A DNA stretch of 61,942 bases, the filler included, from Jimgerdemannia flammicorona (lineage: Eukaryota): NCBI GenBank assembly GCA_003990765.1. It is 3 parts of 3 records of this genome, joined end to end, with 100 filler letters (N's around TTAATTAATTAA, not from the genome) between each part and the next. Parts side by side here need not be neighbours in the genome. Positions count along the whole stretch, not along the records: positions 41,366 to 61,942 come from RBNJ01001647.1; 2 more parts are not named here. One strand, 5' to 3'. Within the stretch, counting starts at the first letter, position 1. Every line of letters starts with the position of its first letter. The position numbers were made by a program, and so were the translations under genes. Below are positions 51,000-61,942 of the stretch, one piece after another. The notes under the pieces were generated by a model, which made no database searches, had not been told where the DNA came from, and saw only the letters and a list, made by a program, of their open reading frames with translations.

Positions 51000-52440
51000 C
51001 AGAATAACCTATATAATATGTGGGTTCAGAGGTTGTGTTCTGGAGATTTGCCAAATGACTGATTGTTGTAATGGTATCTGTATACAGTCCAATAACAGGA
51101 AAAAGACTTGTGCTCCAGATATTATGAAATGGCTCTGTCTTTTCCATGATGGAAACTAATATTCTGTAGGTTTGGTTTGAAAATGAATGTATTTGAATTG
51201 TACATCTATTGATTTCATTATTTGAGAACACTAATGTATGGGGTTTTTTATTCAAAAACAGGAACATTGGTATGATGCTAATGCAAAGGTTGATGTCCAA
51301 GCACTTGAGCTGACCTCATTTGTATCATGGAATATGGTGTATTTAGCTACAAAGTTAGCAATAAGTGATTACAGTGTACATATTCAAACCTTTTCATTCC
51401 TTTTAGTCATGAAAGAGGAAAAACTGACCTATTTTCTAAAAAAGATTAGACAGGTCACTTTTTAAAAAGTATTCTTCTTTAATGAAGCATTGTTGTGAAC
51501 TTCAGTAGTTACTATCAACCAAAGGTATTATTATATATATATACATATCTCATAATATTTCCTGGCAGATTTTAATAACAACCATTTCTGTGGTTTTTTT
51601 TTTTTAAAAAAAAAGCTGGCGAATAGATACCAAAAGGTGATTGGTGATCTTGATCCATATCAATGAAAATAGTGATCTTTGGTTCGAAGAAGATCATTAA
51701 GGCAAAGAAACAGCAGCAACAGCAGATCAGGTATCTTGTTTTTGGTAATATAATTGTTTATTTCATTTTTTCTATTAAAAAAAAAGAACCTGACCTCATG
51801 ATGTACAACTCAGTTTTTGAACTGCATTTTTAGAGATTATTCATATTCCGATGTAAACATTATTCTGCTGACATGTGGCTCTGTTATATGGCCAGAACAT
51901 ATGAAACCAATGGCTTCATAAATCAAAGCTAATATGATGCAGTTCACTAAGGCTATCAAAAGGTATTTGACTAATAATAACTATTTCCTCTTATTTGAAT
52001 TTCCACTTTTCAGTATTACAGTCAAGAAAGTCATCCTCTTTGCAAATCACAATCTTGAGCCACAACATATGAGCAATCCCATCATGGCTACTATCTTGAA
52101 ACATGAACTTGCAAATACACCATTACAGGTGTCTGTTCGGGCAGCAATACAAGGAACCACTCACAGCCCTGTGTAGATTTTCATCAATAGCAAGGGTACA
52201 TATATATATGGAATATATGAGCCATGTACCAAGTACCCTCAAGTATGCAAAGGGGGTCAATGTTGTCTTGTTATTGACTCAGTGTATAATGTAAGGGTCA
52301 TTAATTGTAAAGCACTCCAAAGTATCATTGGACAATAAATGTGAAATATCTGCTGACATACTTACATGACACTCCTAACTGTGCTGTTCTTGCCATAGAT
52401 GAGACACATGCTCTGGAATCATGAGATCCTCTAATTGTCT
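51000..52440 (+). pseudogene. Decayed multi-exon gene of unknown function
   Basis: Coding-like segments (ORFs 51238-51465 and 51934-52176) separated by AT-rich GT-AG intervals, e.g. from 51526, 51731 and 51963. Confidence 0.4.
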
Positions 52441-52619
52441 GAAAATAGTATACAAATGTATTAGAAGCAATATTCAATAGCTAATTACAAATTCTAGTTT
52501 TGTAATGTGGTTGAGCAAACAACTATAGACAGAGGTACAGAGCCATCATTTGCTGTGAATACATATTCTTGAGAGTTATAAATGGCTAAGACCACTCCTA
52601 ATTTTACTGCACTGAATTA

Positions 52620-54320
52620 TGTGCCCAAATGGTCACCTGATCATGTGCCCAAATTAAATCAAAACCACAACAAACTGCTAGATTCAGACTTAAGCAAAAT
52701 TGAAGTGATCTGGTCAGCATTATTTCTTCAGATGTTATATATATCTAATAATATATAACTCTGTACCTATGAGAAGAAATACTTGGTGCATAATATTACA
52801 AAATTCGAATTCACAATTACTACCAAGCTGCAGAGGTATTAGTTATTAAAATGATATGATATAAGCAGAAATTTCAAATGTGTTAATAGGAAATATATGG
52901 AAGCAAAATTAAAGTGATCTGGTAAGCATTATTTCTCCAGATATCATATACATATGGTAATATATAACTCTATAACTATGAGAAGAGACACCTGATGTAT
53001 AATATTATAGAATTTGAATTCACAATTACTGCTAGGCTGCAGATCTGGTCAGTATTATTTCTTTAGATATCATATACATCTGATAATATATAGCTCTGTA
53101 ACTATGAGAAGAGATACTTGATGCATAATATTACAGAATTTGAATTCACAATTACTGCCAGGCTGCAGAGATATTAATTATTGAAATGACATTATACAAA
53201 GTAGAAATGTCAATAATATGAGCTGATTAGATTTCATTGGTAAATACTGATTCAAGCTAACCAAAATTTAGTAAACCAGAACACATTCTATCATAATATT
53301 TGACTATTGCACTAGAATAATAATGTTGACTACAATATGAGAAATGTCTGCTGGTATCATATTTATGTAACTATTATTATTATTATCATTATTATTATAT
53401 TCATTCATTTATGTATTATTTATTTATTATTATATTAAACCTGATTTGTATACCCAAAGGTTGCCCACTTGTACAGAGATATCTATATGGACACCTGTTT
53501 GACTCACATTATCAATTTATTCTCTTAATAATTCATTTCTCCTAAGAGTGATACTTTAAATCTATGATTGCTGTCTCTGTACTTTCATTGGACTATAGAA
53601 TATTTGATTGATCATTTTTATCTTTTCTGACTCACCCATTGTGTGCCCAATGTCACATGATCATGCACTCAAATTAAATCAAAACTGTGACAAACTGCCA
53701 CACAGAAGTGAAATTAAAGAGCATTATTTCTTTAGATGTCATATATATCTGGTAATATATATTTCTGTAACTATGAGAAGAGATATCTGATGCATAATAT
53801 TACAGAATTCAAATTCACAATTACTGCCAGGTTGCAGAGATATTAGTTATTAAAAAGACATAATATAAGCTAGGAAATATATGGAAGTGAAATTAAAGTG
53901 ATCTGGCTAGCATTATTTCCTCAAATATCATATATATATGGTAATATATAGCTCTGTAACTATGAGAAGAGATATCTGATGCATAATATTACAAAATTCG
54001 AATTCAGATTTATTGCCAGGCTGCAGAGATATTAGCTATTGAAATGGACATTATATAAAGTAAATATTTCAATGATAGAGGCTGATCATATTTCATTGGC
54101 AGATACTGATTCAAGCTAACCAAAATTCAGCAAAATATGACTATTGCCTTAGAACAATAATGTTGGCTACAGTATGAGAAATGTCTGCTGGTTTAGTTTA
54201 TTCTCTTCATAATTCATTTCTCCTAAGAGTTATATTGATTGATACTTTAAATCTATGATTGCTGCCTCTGAACTTTCATTGGACTATGGAACATTTGTTT
54301 GGTCATTTTTATCTTTTCTG
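52620..54320 (-). repeat. Reverse-orientation array of repeat R within a ~1-kb tandem duplication
   Basis: About five GCATTATTTC..AGAT.TCATATA...AACTATGAGAAGAGA...AATATTACAGAATT.GAATTCAC units. The blocks 52645-53630 and 53665-54320 share both start and end sequences. Confidence 0.88.
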
Positions 54321-54659
54321 ATTTTGTCTGACCAATGTTGTTTCGAATTGCAGACTGATATTGTATAACACCATTATTGACAATATTCTGAAGAAGTAGA
54401 TTATTTGTGATATCTTCCAATAGCAAAAATAAAGGAATTTACCAGACATATATCTGGGCACATGGTCATATGACCAATTTGTACAAGCAAAATTGAATGT
54501 CTGGTTTTATTTTGCTATTGGTAGTATGGCATATTGTTAATTGATAGAATTCATTCAATGGCAAAATCCTTTAATATAGCAATCTATTTAACTACCTAAT
54601 TACCATTAATCAATATAATTATACCATTGACAATAGGGTAGATCTGATATTAGCTTTAA

Positions 54660-56131
54660 ATATGTATTATGATTAATTGGATCTCCACCTCAATTGTTTC
54701 ATTATGTCAGATCCACAGTTTTCACATTCAGTACAAAGTGCTGGCAATATACAACATAGAAGCTTCTATATTCCAAACCAATATCATGATATATTTTACA
54801 TATATTGAGATAGTGACAATGGGTTGGTATTATTCAATAAGTATAAGTTAGACATATTTGCTAAATCAAGAAGCTAATATTTATTGAACATGCTCTATAT
54901 TTTATACAGACATATGAATAATGAACAGTTGATATTAGCTATCAGAATACTTGTTATGGCTACTATTGATATAAATGAACCTATATCTAGTATCCTTTCA
55001 ATATTTGAAAATATCATTGAAAGCAGCTGTAAAATACTTTATATTTAGTTTATGATTGATACAACAATATATACTGTTACTCTGGGAAATATGACAACCT
55101 TCTTAATACTTCCCACACACCTACTAACTCTATTATCAGAAGGTGAGCATTATGTTTATTCATTATAACATTATTTCAATATACTTATCTGAGATAATAT
55201 ATTTGATACAGTAGTAGGACAGATCACCTTTAAATGCTGGAATATGCTAAAATCCAATAGCACACAAGAGTCTTATCGATACCTAGTAGCATTTGCAGGT
55301 GCTGGGATATGGATATATTGCCACAACATCTCCAAATACATTTGGGACATATACAATATCAGAACTATCAAAGAGATGTGCTTATATATAGTTTCTGATC
55401 TAGAATATAATGTATGTTTCATCCTATATTTTCCCAACTCTGGCACAAACAATGAAGAGGGCTCTGGGTCAACAAGTATTACTACACCAACTGAATTATA
55501 TAGAGATTCGATTGAGGATGAAGATGAAGATCAATGGTGAGATTAATTTATTCCTATTTCTTCATCTAAATTATTAATATATTGTTATAGTATTTAATTC
55601 TAATTCATTTATTTGGATATCAGAACCTCTAAGAAATGTCAATTGGCTGATGTAGATGATATAACTAAATATGATGACGAACCACAACCTTGCAGCACCT
55701 GGAAAATAGTAATGGGTATGGTAGAGAATCAAGTAGTTCCACCTTCCATTGATATATTCAAATCACTTGAAAATTTGACAAGTCAAATAGAAAGGTTGCA
55801 AAGTGAAAGAAGTGAATGAGATCAAAAAAATGATGCTCTAATTGAAGAACTCAACAAAATTAGAACTGTTACAGAAGACCATATCTTGGAAAATTACACA
55901 TCACTTCCACCTCCATGGCGCTGCTATAGGAAGAAACTATGTACAAGTCAAGTACCACAGAACTGGAATATTTCATTTGAATTATTCCAAATATTAAACA
56001 GATCTGCAGAGAATGATATAAATGTACTCAGGATTGAGATTGAGGAATTAAAGAGAAAGAATTCAAAGTTAATTGATGCATTTGAGAAGATTAGAAATAT
56101 TTCAGAAACCATATTGCTTACAATAGTATGA
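54660..56131 (+). pseudogene. Decayed multi-exon gene with an acidic linker and C-terminal coiled-coil segments, function unknown
   Basis: ORFs 55244-55540, 55613-55819 and 55886-56131 link via GTGAG introns (55143, 55537) and one TGA. Heptad-like segments LENLTSQIERLQSE and LRIEIEELKRKNSKL. Confidence 0.5.
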
Positions 56132-56524
56132 ATGGATAAACAAACTTCTAACTATATACATAGCTTATTCAACTGTATAACAATATTCAAAGAATAATAG
56201 ATATTCATTTTATTAAATTTACAAAATATATTTATTGATCAAATATTAAATAGTATGGGTACAGCCATATGACTGAATTAGGCACACGGAATAAGTTGGG
56301 GCACATAAAATTATATTTATGGGGTACAGGAAAAATTGCTTGATCTGAATTATAAATCTAGTTCTGTAATAATATATATATATCTAGTATCACTACAAAG
56401 CCCATTTTGCTAAGTATATATATATTTTGTCAAGTAATTAACCAACAAGAGCACCATAATTTTGCTTCTGTACATTACTATTGAGAATTTTCACAGCATT
56501 GGTATTTGTAATATATGATTATTC

Positions 56525-57682
56525 ATGGCCAATGGCACAAACCTGAATTATAATAATGAGCCTGCTGTTGACCCTGAGGGGAAAGTGATAATGCCGATGA
56601 TGGTGGAGATACCAACCAAGACTGTAGAATCTGTAGTGGAAGATAGGAAGACATTAGATGAACAAAACAGCAAAATAGACAATAAGTTCCTTAACAATCA
56701 TGATGTCCAATCTGCCTAGATACAACCTGTTGCTGAACTCCCAACTGAGACTCCTGCTGCTGTACCCTCTATATGTGGGACTGAGATATCAATAGAACCT
56801 GAAGAGGTGAGATATTATTATTTGCAAATTGCTGAATATATTTCTATAATATATTAATATTACTCATTTTAATTTAGTTGACAATGGCAATTCCAAAATC
56901 GATCGAACAAGTTTTTAAACAACTACTACATGACTTTCATTCTGGGTTTGGAGAGCTGATCAAGAAGGCAGCCACATACACTCTACAATATGATAAACTA
57001 CCCAGTTGGCCAGATTCTCAACCATCATCCGAAATTATCAATCTAATGGAGAATCGAAAATGAAAACATGTTTGCTTTGATGTACCTGATACACCAATAC
57101 TAAGCCGAGGCAAGTGATCAAAATACCAGACCAAAAAACTAGAAGAAAGACTTGATAGTCACATTCTCTGAGATAACATTCACCATATATACAATGTCAA
57201 TTCAGATAGTAACTGTGGATTTCGTTCTCTTACCATTGCTATTTATGGTAGTGAGGAAGAATGGAAATGAATTAAAACAGGAGATGAAAATGCAGTTGGA
57301 GCAACACCACAAGATTTATCAAGACTGGCTTAGCTACCAAATCGACAAAATCCACAAAATTCTGAAGTATACAAAATCTCCTTGTCCTCTTGATCAGTGG
57401 TTTTATTTGCCTAATTGTGCACAGATTGCAGCAGATACCTTCAAGGTCCATGTTGTTGTATTTGGTACTGATGGGAGCATAGTTTTTCTACCACTTATTT
57501 GTGATCTTGAGAAAATATCTAAAATAATTATTTTACATATGATCAATAGTAATCATATTATATTTGTTGAATATCAACATAATGCGCATTTTGAACTATC
57601 ACTACTAAACCCCCAACATGAGCCTATTTGTAGGAGATATAATTTAGCAAGTGAGTTGAGGAATATAAATGCATTTTTGTAA
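56525..57682 (+). pseudogene. MULE-derived OTU-like cysteine protease gene (copy B)
   Basis: IYNVNSDSNCGFRSLTIAIYGSEEEW (about 57186-57265; OTU D-x-x-C motif) frameshifts into LKQEMK...WFYLPNCAQIAADTFKVHVVVF...IILHMINSNHI (catalytic His region). Intron at about 56807-56877. Confidence 0.8.
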
Positions 57683-58659
57683 TTCAATTCATCAGTAATA
57701 ATTTTGAATAAAAATATATATGCATGATTCTGGCAATATGATGGTAAGGTTTGTGTATTTTCTCGAAGTTCTATGGTAAAGTAATCAGGGAGGTGTGTAA
57801 CAAGGAAACTGCATGTCTGATATGTGCCCAACAAGTCATATGATCATATGTCTGATAAGTCAAGCACCACATGATCATGCACTCACATATATAATGAATG
57901 ATATTTTTAAGCTAAGAAATTTCAGAAATTATATTCTATATAATATAAAACATTGTAGTTAGACTTTTGGTTAGCTTGAAAATTAAGATGCAGAGTATAT
58001 GTCATTAATCATAATTATAGATTATATTTTAGTTTGATTATCATATCTGAAATTTCTACTTGTACAATATCCTTTTAATAACTAATACCTCTACAGTCTG
58101 TCAATAATTGTGAATTCAAATTCTGTAATATTTTGTATTATATATCTCTTCTCATAATTATAAAGCTATATATTATTAGATATATATGATATCTGAAGAA
58201 ATAATGCTGACCAGATCATTCCAATTTCGCTTCCATATATTTTCTATTACTACATATTTGAAATTTCTACTAATATAAGTCTTTTCAATAACTAATATCT
58301 CTCATAATTATTGAATTATATATTATTAGATATATATGATCTCTAAAGAAATATTGTTGACCAGATTACTTCAATTTTACTTTCATATATTTCCTATCAA
58401 TACATATTTGCAATTTCTACTTATATCATATCATTTCAAAAATTCAGAGCATTTGTATTTTGAAGTACATGTGTTATCTATTTAAATCGGTAACTATCTG
58501 CTAACAATGTGATCAGATGGAATATAATATTTTATACTCAGGTATTTGACTCTAACTATATTTTTTATAGGTAATTATTTTCTAATATAATGAGATATTT
58601 TGATAGATATTATTAGTAATGAATATATATATATGATTGTGTTTAAACTAAATTGCTTA

Positions 58660-59800
58660 CCTTGCTTTGTTTCTTGCTACTGGCATTCATAGCCCATGGT
58701 ACTGTATATGGTGCTAAAATTAATAGGTTCTGTAAAAACTGTCTGAATGAGCCATTTGATATCCATTAGATATGACAATCAGTCAGAATATAGCCTGCTC
58801 TTATATATCTACTAAGGAGGATAGAATATTCATTGCTTTTGTCAATAACAAATATTAGAATAATATTATCTAAAATAGAGCCTTTTAGAGATAGTTCAAT
58901 ATTATTATCTAAAATCCAGTAAGCTATTGAAATAGGAATGGGAGTATAGCTATCAGATTGATTAACAATTTGTTGTAGATTCTAGTCAGGAATTCTAAAT
59001 GTATTTCCTACAGTTTTCCAAAACATATATAGTCATAGTTTATGAATATATATTAAAGATATATCTTGTCTGAGAAGAATAGTCCAAATAATTTCAGATA
59101 AATTGAAAAATCTCAATTGGCGAATTATTCGTAGAGCACATATACTGGAATATTGCTTTTGCAATAGTTCATAAATGTAATATGTTGTAAAATAGAATAT
59201 TCCAAGATCAATCAGATGTTAAAGTATTTTTTGAATAATAGCTTCTGAGAATTTTATAAAATATATAAAACTTAAAAATAATTCAGCAATGTTCAGATTC
59301 AGATGACAGTCCTTTTCAACAATTGATATCATATACTCAGGGTCAATACTGCAGATAATAAGTAATGAAAATGCAATAGACTTGTCATTTTCCAAATCAA
59401 AATACCGAATGCCTGGTAATGGTATAAATTGCTCTTCCCTCAAGATAGAGGAGACTTCATGATACTGTCTCTTTTGAAAGTGACTACAAATTAGGTTCCA
59501 ATCATTGTTGACAATATTTTGATCAAAGTATTCATACTCTAAGAGCAATCTCTTAACAGATTGATGTAGACTAATATGATATTCTGAGTTTATGAGCTAT
59601 GCAAGGTGATGGGAAATGAATGCACCATTATCTAGAAGAATCTGTGCAACTGTATAGATAAGTATATGAGGGTACATGGTCATAGTATAGCCTAATATGT
59701 ACCATGTAGTCTCCATATATTGCTAGTAAGCATTCAGCAACTGCCATATAGGCAGACTTGAGACAACCTATAGCCAATTGTCAGTTAGGTAAATTGTCCA
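58660..59800 (-). pseudogene. Decayed gene of unknown function
   Basis: ORF 59219-59548 continues as a long near-open frame to a GTAAG donor at about 58660 (...PIPISIAYWILDNNIELSLKG...FLQNLLILAPYTVPWAM...). Confidence 0.45.
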
Positions 59801-60407
59801 AGTGTATGAATTTGGAAATCACAAGGAGAATATCATATGATAAACATATCAGTGATTTCTCCATCTTTGGTACATATAGAGACAGGCTCTAAATGTTGCA
59901 GCTTCTGTTTCTTATATATGGGATAGGGGAGTGGGTATAATTATATATTAATAATAGTTATTTATATTAGGTATTTAGTTTGCTCTCAACAGGTAATTTG
60001 TATAATATAATAGTTATCTAACTTCAATACCTTTACTGATGTTTGGATATAATCTGCCTTCAAAGTAGCTCATCTTTGTTTATACATGTGGATTATATGT
60101 TGTGATTTCTCAATGTTATGATGATGGATTATATATAGATAATTATATATATATTTGCTATTAGATATAGTGTTTCAAATACTCACTAATATGCCATTCG
60201 TGATACATACCTCATAATATTTTAGCCATTGGTTGATAATTCTACTATATATTTATCCACTACTAATAGCAAAATAATACCACAATTCAAATAATATATA
60301 TAATCATTTTCATACATATATTTTGAATTCAAATATATAATATAGTCAAACATATCATTAATAGGCAGAGCAGATGTTCAAAGCTACTATCGCCAAAGAA
60401 TAAAGGC

Positions 60408-61503
60408 ATGGTCCAGGCTTGGATACATGATATTTCTCTCATGAAACATCATCTATTATGTATGAGAAACTATATAGATCTAGCAAACAAATGGATTGTC
60501 ATTATAGATATATATCATTCACCTTATATATTTGTTTTTAATCTTACCAATACTAATCATAATCCTAATAAAGGTGCTGGAATTTCTACCTCCTCTAGAA
60601 TTCCCGACTTTCATTCACCTAGTGGACTCTTCACTCTTCTTAAATCTAATAGTAGAAGGAATGTCCTTAGAGGAAAGGATCTCTTTGATACCATACTCTT
60701 TCATGTAATACTACCTCACAATTATCTGTTCTCACATTAATATCTGATCTGTGCTAGTTATAAAAATTTAATAAATATTATTCTTCTACTATTGTAGGGT
60801 CCCATCTCTATACAATATTTCTATAAGGTTATTTCAGAGTTGAAAACACTTGTTTCTTTGGCAAAATATACCCCAACCCATAAATTTCTCAAATGCTTAA
60901 ATGATGAGGGTCACCTCCTTCATCTCTATACTCAAAACATTGATGACCTTGAGAGACATACAGGGCTTATTACAGATCTCACCTAATCCAGTAAATCCCA
61001 TATACATACAGGCAATTCAGCTTCATGGTAATCTTGATAAGATTGTCTGTATACTTTGTAGTGCAACTTATAATTTCACTCCATCTATCAGGAATTCATT
61101 TGTGGAGGGGTTTCCACCACCCTGCCTGCAATATTCAGAGGCTGCTGAAGTCTATAACAAAAAGGGTCTATGTCTGAGATCACATGGAGTGCTTCGACTG
61201 AACATTGTATTATACAATGAGTGTCATCCAAATGGTGAGACCATCAGGAAGCTAACCTTACATGATATGCACTCCTGCCCAGATCTATTACTTATAATAG
61301 GCACCAGCCTTAAGATTCCTGGCATCTGCAGGCTCATCAAGGAAATGGCTAAATGTGTGAGGAACTGATACAATAGAGTGATTATTTATGTAGACCAAAT
61401 GGAGCTTCCAGCCAAGAGCCAGTGGAGGGATATATTTGATTACCATCTGGTGGGCAAATGTGATAATACAATTACACTACTTGGCCTTACTGTCAGTCAT
61501 TGA
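60408..61503 (+). pseudogene. Sir2-family NAD-dependent deacetylase, Hst3/Hst4-like, pseudogene
   Basis: Motifs IVII|GAGISTSSRIPDF, GKDLFD, TPTHKFL, LYTQNIDDLE, IQLHGNL, CxxC, LRLNIVLYNECHP, DLLLIIGTSLKIPG and FDYHLVGKCD. Introns at about 60509-60573 (donor decayed GT to AT) and 60705-60797. A TAA and a 4-bp ATAC duplication near 60985-61010 disrupt the frame. Confidence 0.93.
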
Positions 61504-61716
61504 ATATATATCAAAAGGGAAGCTCATTTGCTAATGACAATTTTGTACCAAGTATAGTTCAGATAGTTTGTATTTGTCAATAATTTGTGAATATATATAA
61601 GTTCACTCCTTTTTCCACTTTAAGTGGCAGAACATATACTATAGGGATGTTGGAAGTTTTCCAATATCAGATTCTGTTATAACCTGTATAATTAGAATAA
61701 TAAAAGGTTAATATAT

Positions 61717-61942
61717 TGTGACAAGCCAAGACGTACTACCTGAATCATATCCTAACCAGATGACGCGAACAAGATGACGTGAACACTCAGCTTAGTAACC
61801 AGCAACCCTTGCTGTGGAAACTGTATAAATAGCCAGATATACCAGAAAGGGTCTGTTTACCTGTACAGACTCTGTACACCGTACAGACTCTGTACACTGT
61901 ACAGGTCCTGTACACCGTACAGACTCTGTACACCTGCCATAA
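61717..61942 (+). mobile_element. Start of a young LTR, truncated by the window end
   Basis: TGTGACA terminus after ATAT, retained CpGs, TATAAATA at about 61824, and the 18-bp repeat GTACAGACTCTGTACACC four times (61863-61934). Confidence 0.8.

Noticed and set aside
41203..61942. One 20-kb LTR element enclosing the cargo tract
   Set aside because: No gag/pol, PBS or PPT inside, and the two LTR starts differ in decay level.

Overview
Repeat-dense eukaryotic DNA, almost certainly fungal: short GT-AG introns with CTAAC branch points, and transposon families and cargo suggestive of an early-diverging Mucoromycota-type fungus (inference). There are two assembly gaps. About 85-90% of the window is nested, C-to-T-decayed transposons. 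(1) Three copies of a Tx1/L1-like LINE. (2) A 548-bp hairpin MITE and a 6.4-kb hAT element of the same TIR family, each with a perfect 8-bp TSD. (3) A full-length Ty3/Gypsy element with 496-bp LTRs, a dUTPase between protease and RT, and an extra ORF after integrase. (4) Fragments of other LTR families. (5) A ~20-kb modular tract (41.8-61.7 kb) of repeat arrays interleaved with decayed genes: two FAR1/OTU genes with no visible transposase core, a Hst3/Hst4-type sirtuin and several unknowns. A CpG-rich island (about 35.5-39.2 kb) holds a single spliced host-like gene of unknown function that looks recently disrupted. The top finding is that the hAT element carries, convergent with its transposase, a multi-exon pseudogene whose last exon has the HxD...H(H)GT...R layout of TET/JBP-type 2OG-Fe(II) DNA dioxygenases. 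This is a candidate hAT-borne anti-methylation system, whereas fungal TET/JBP genes are established mainly as cargo of KDZ-type transposons. All alignments and translations were done by eye.
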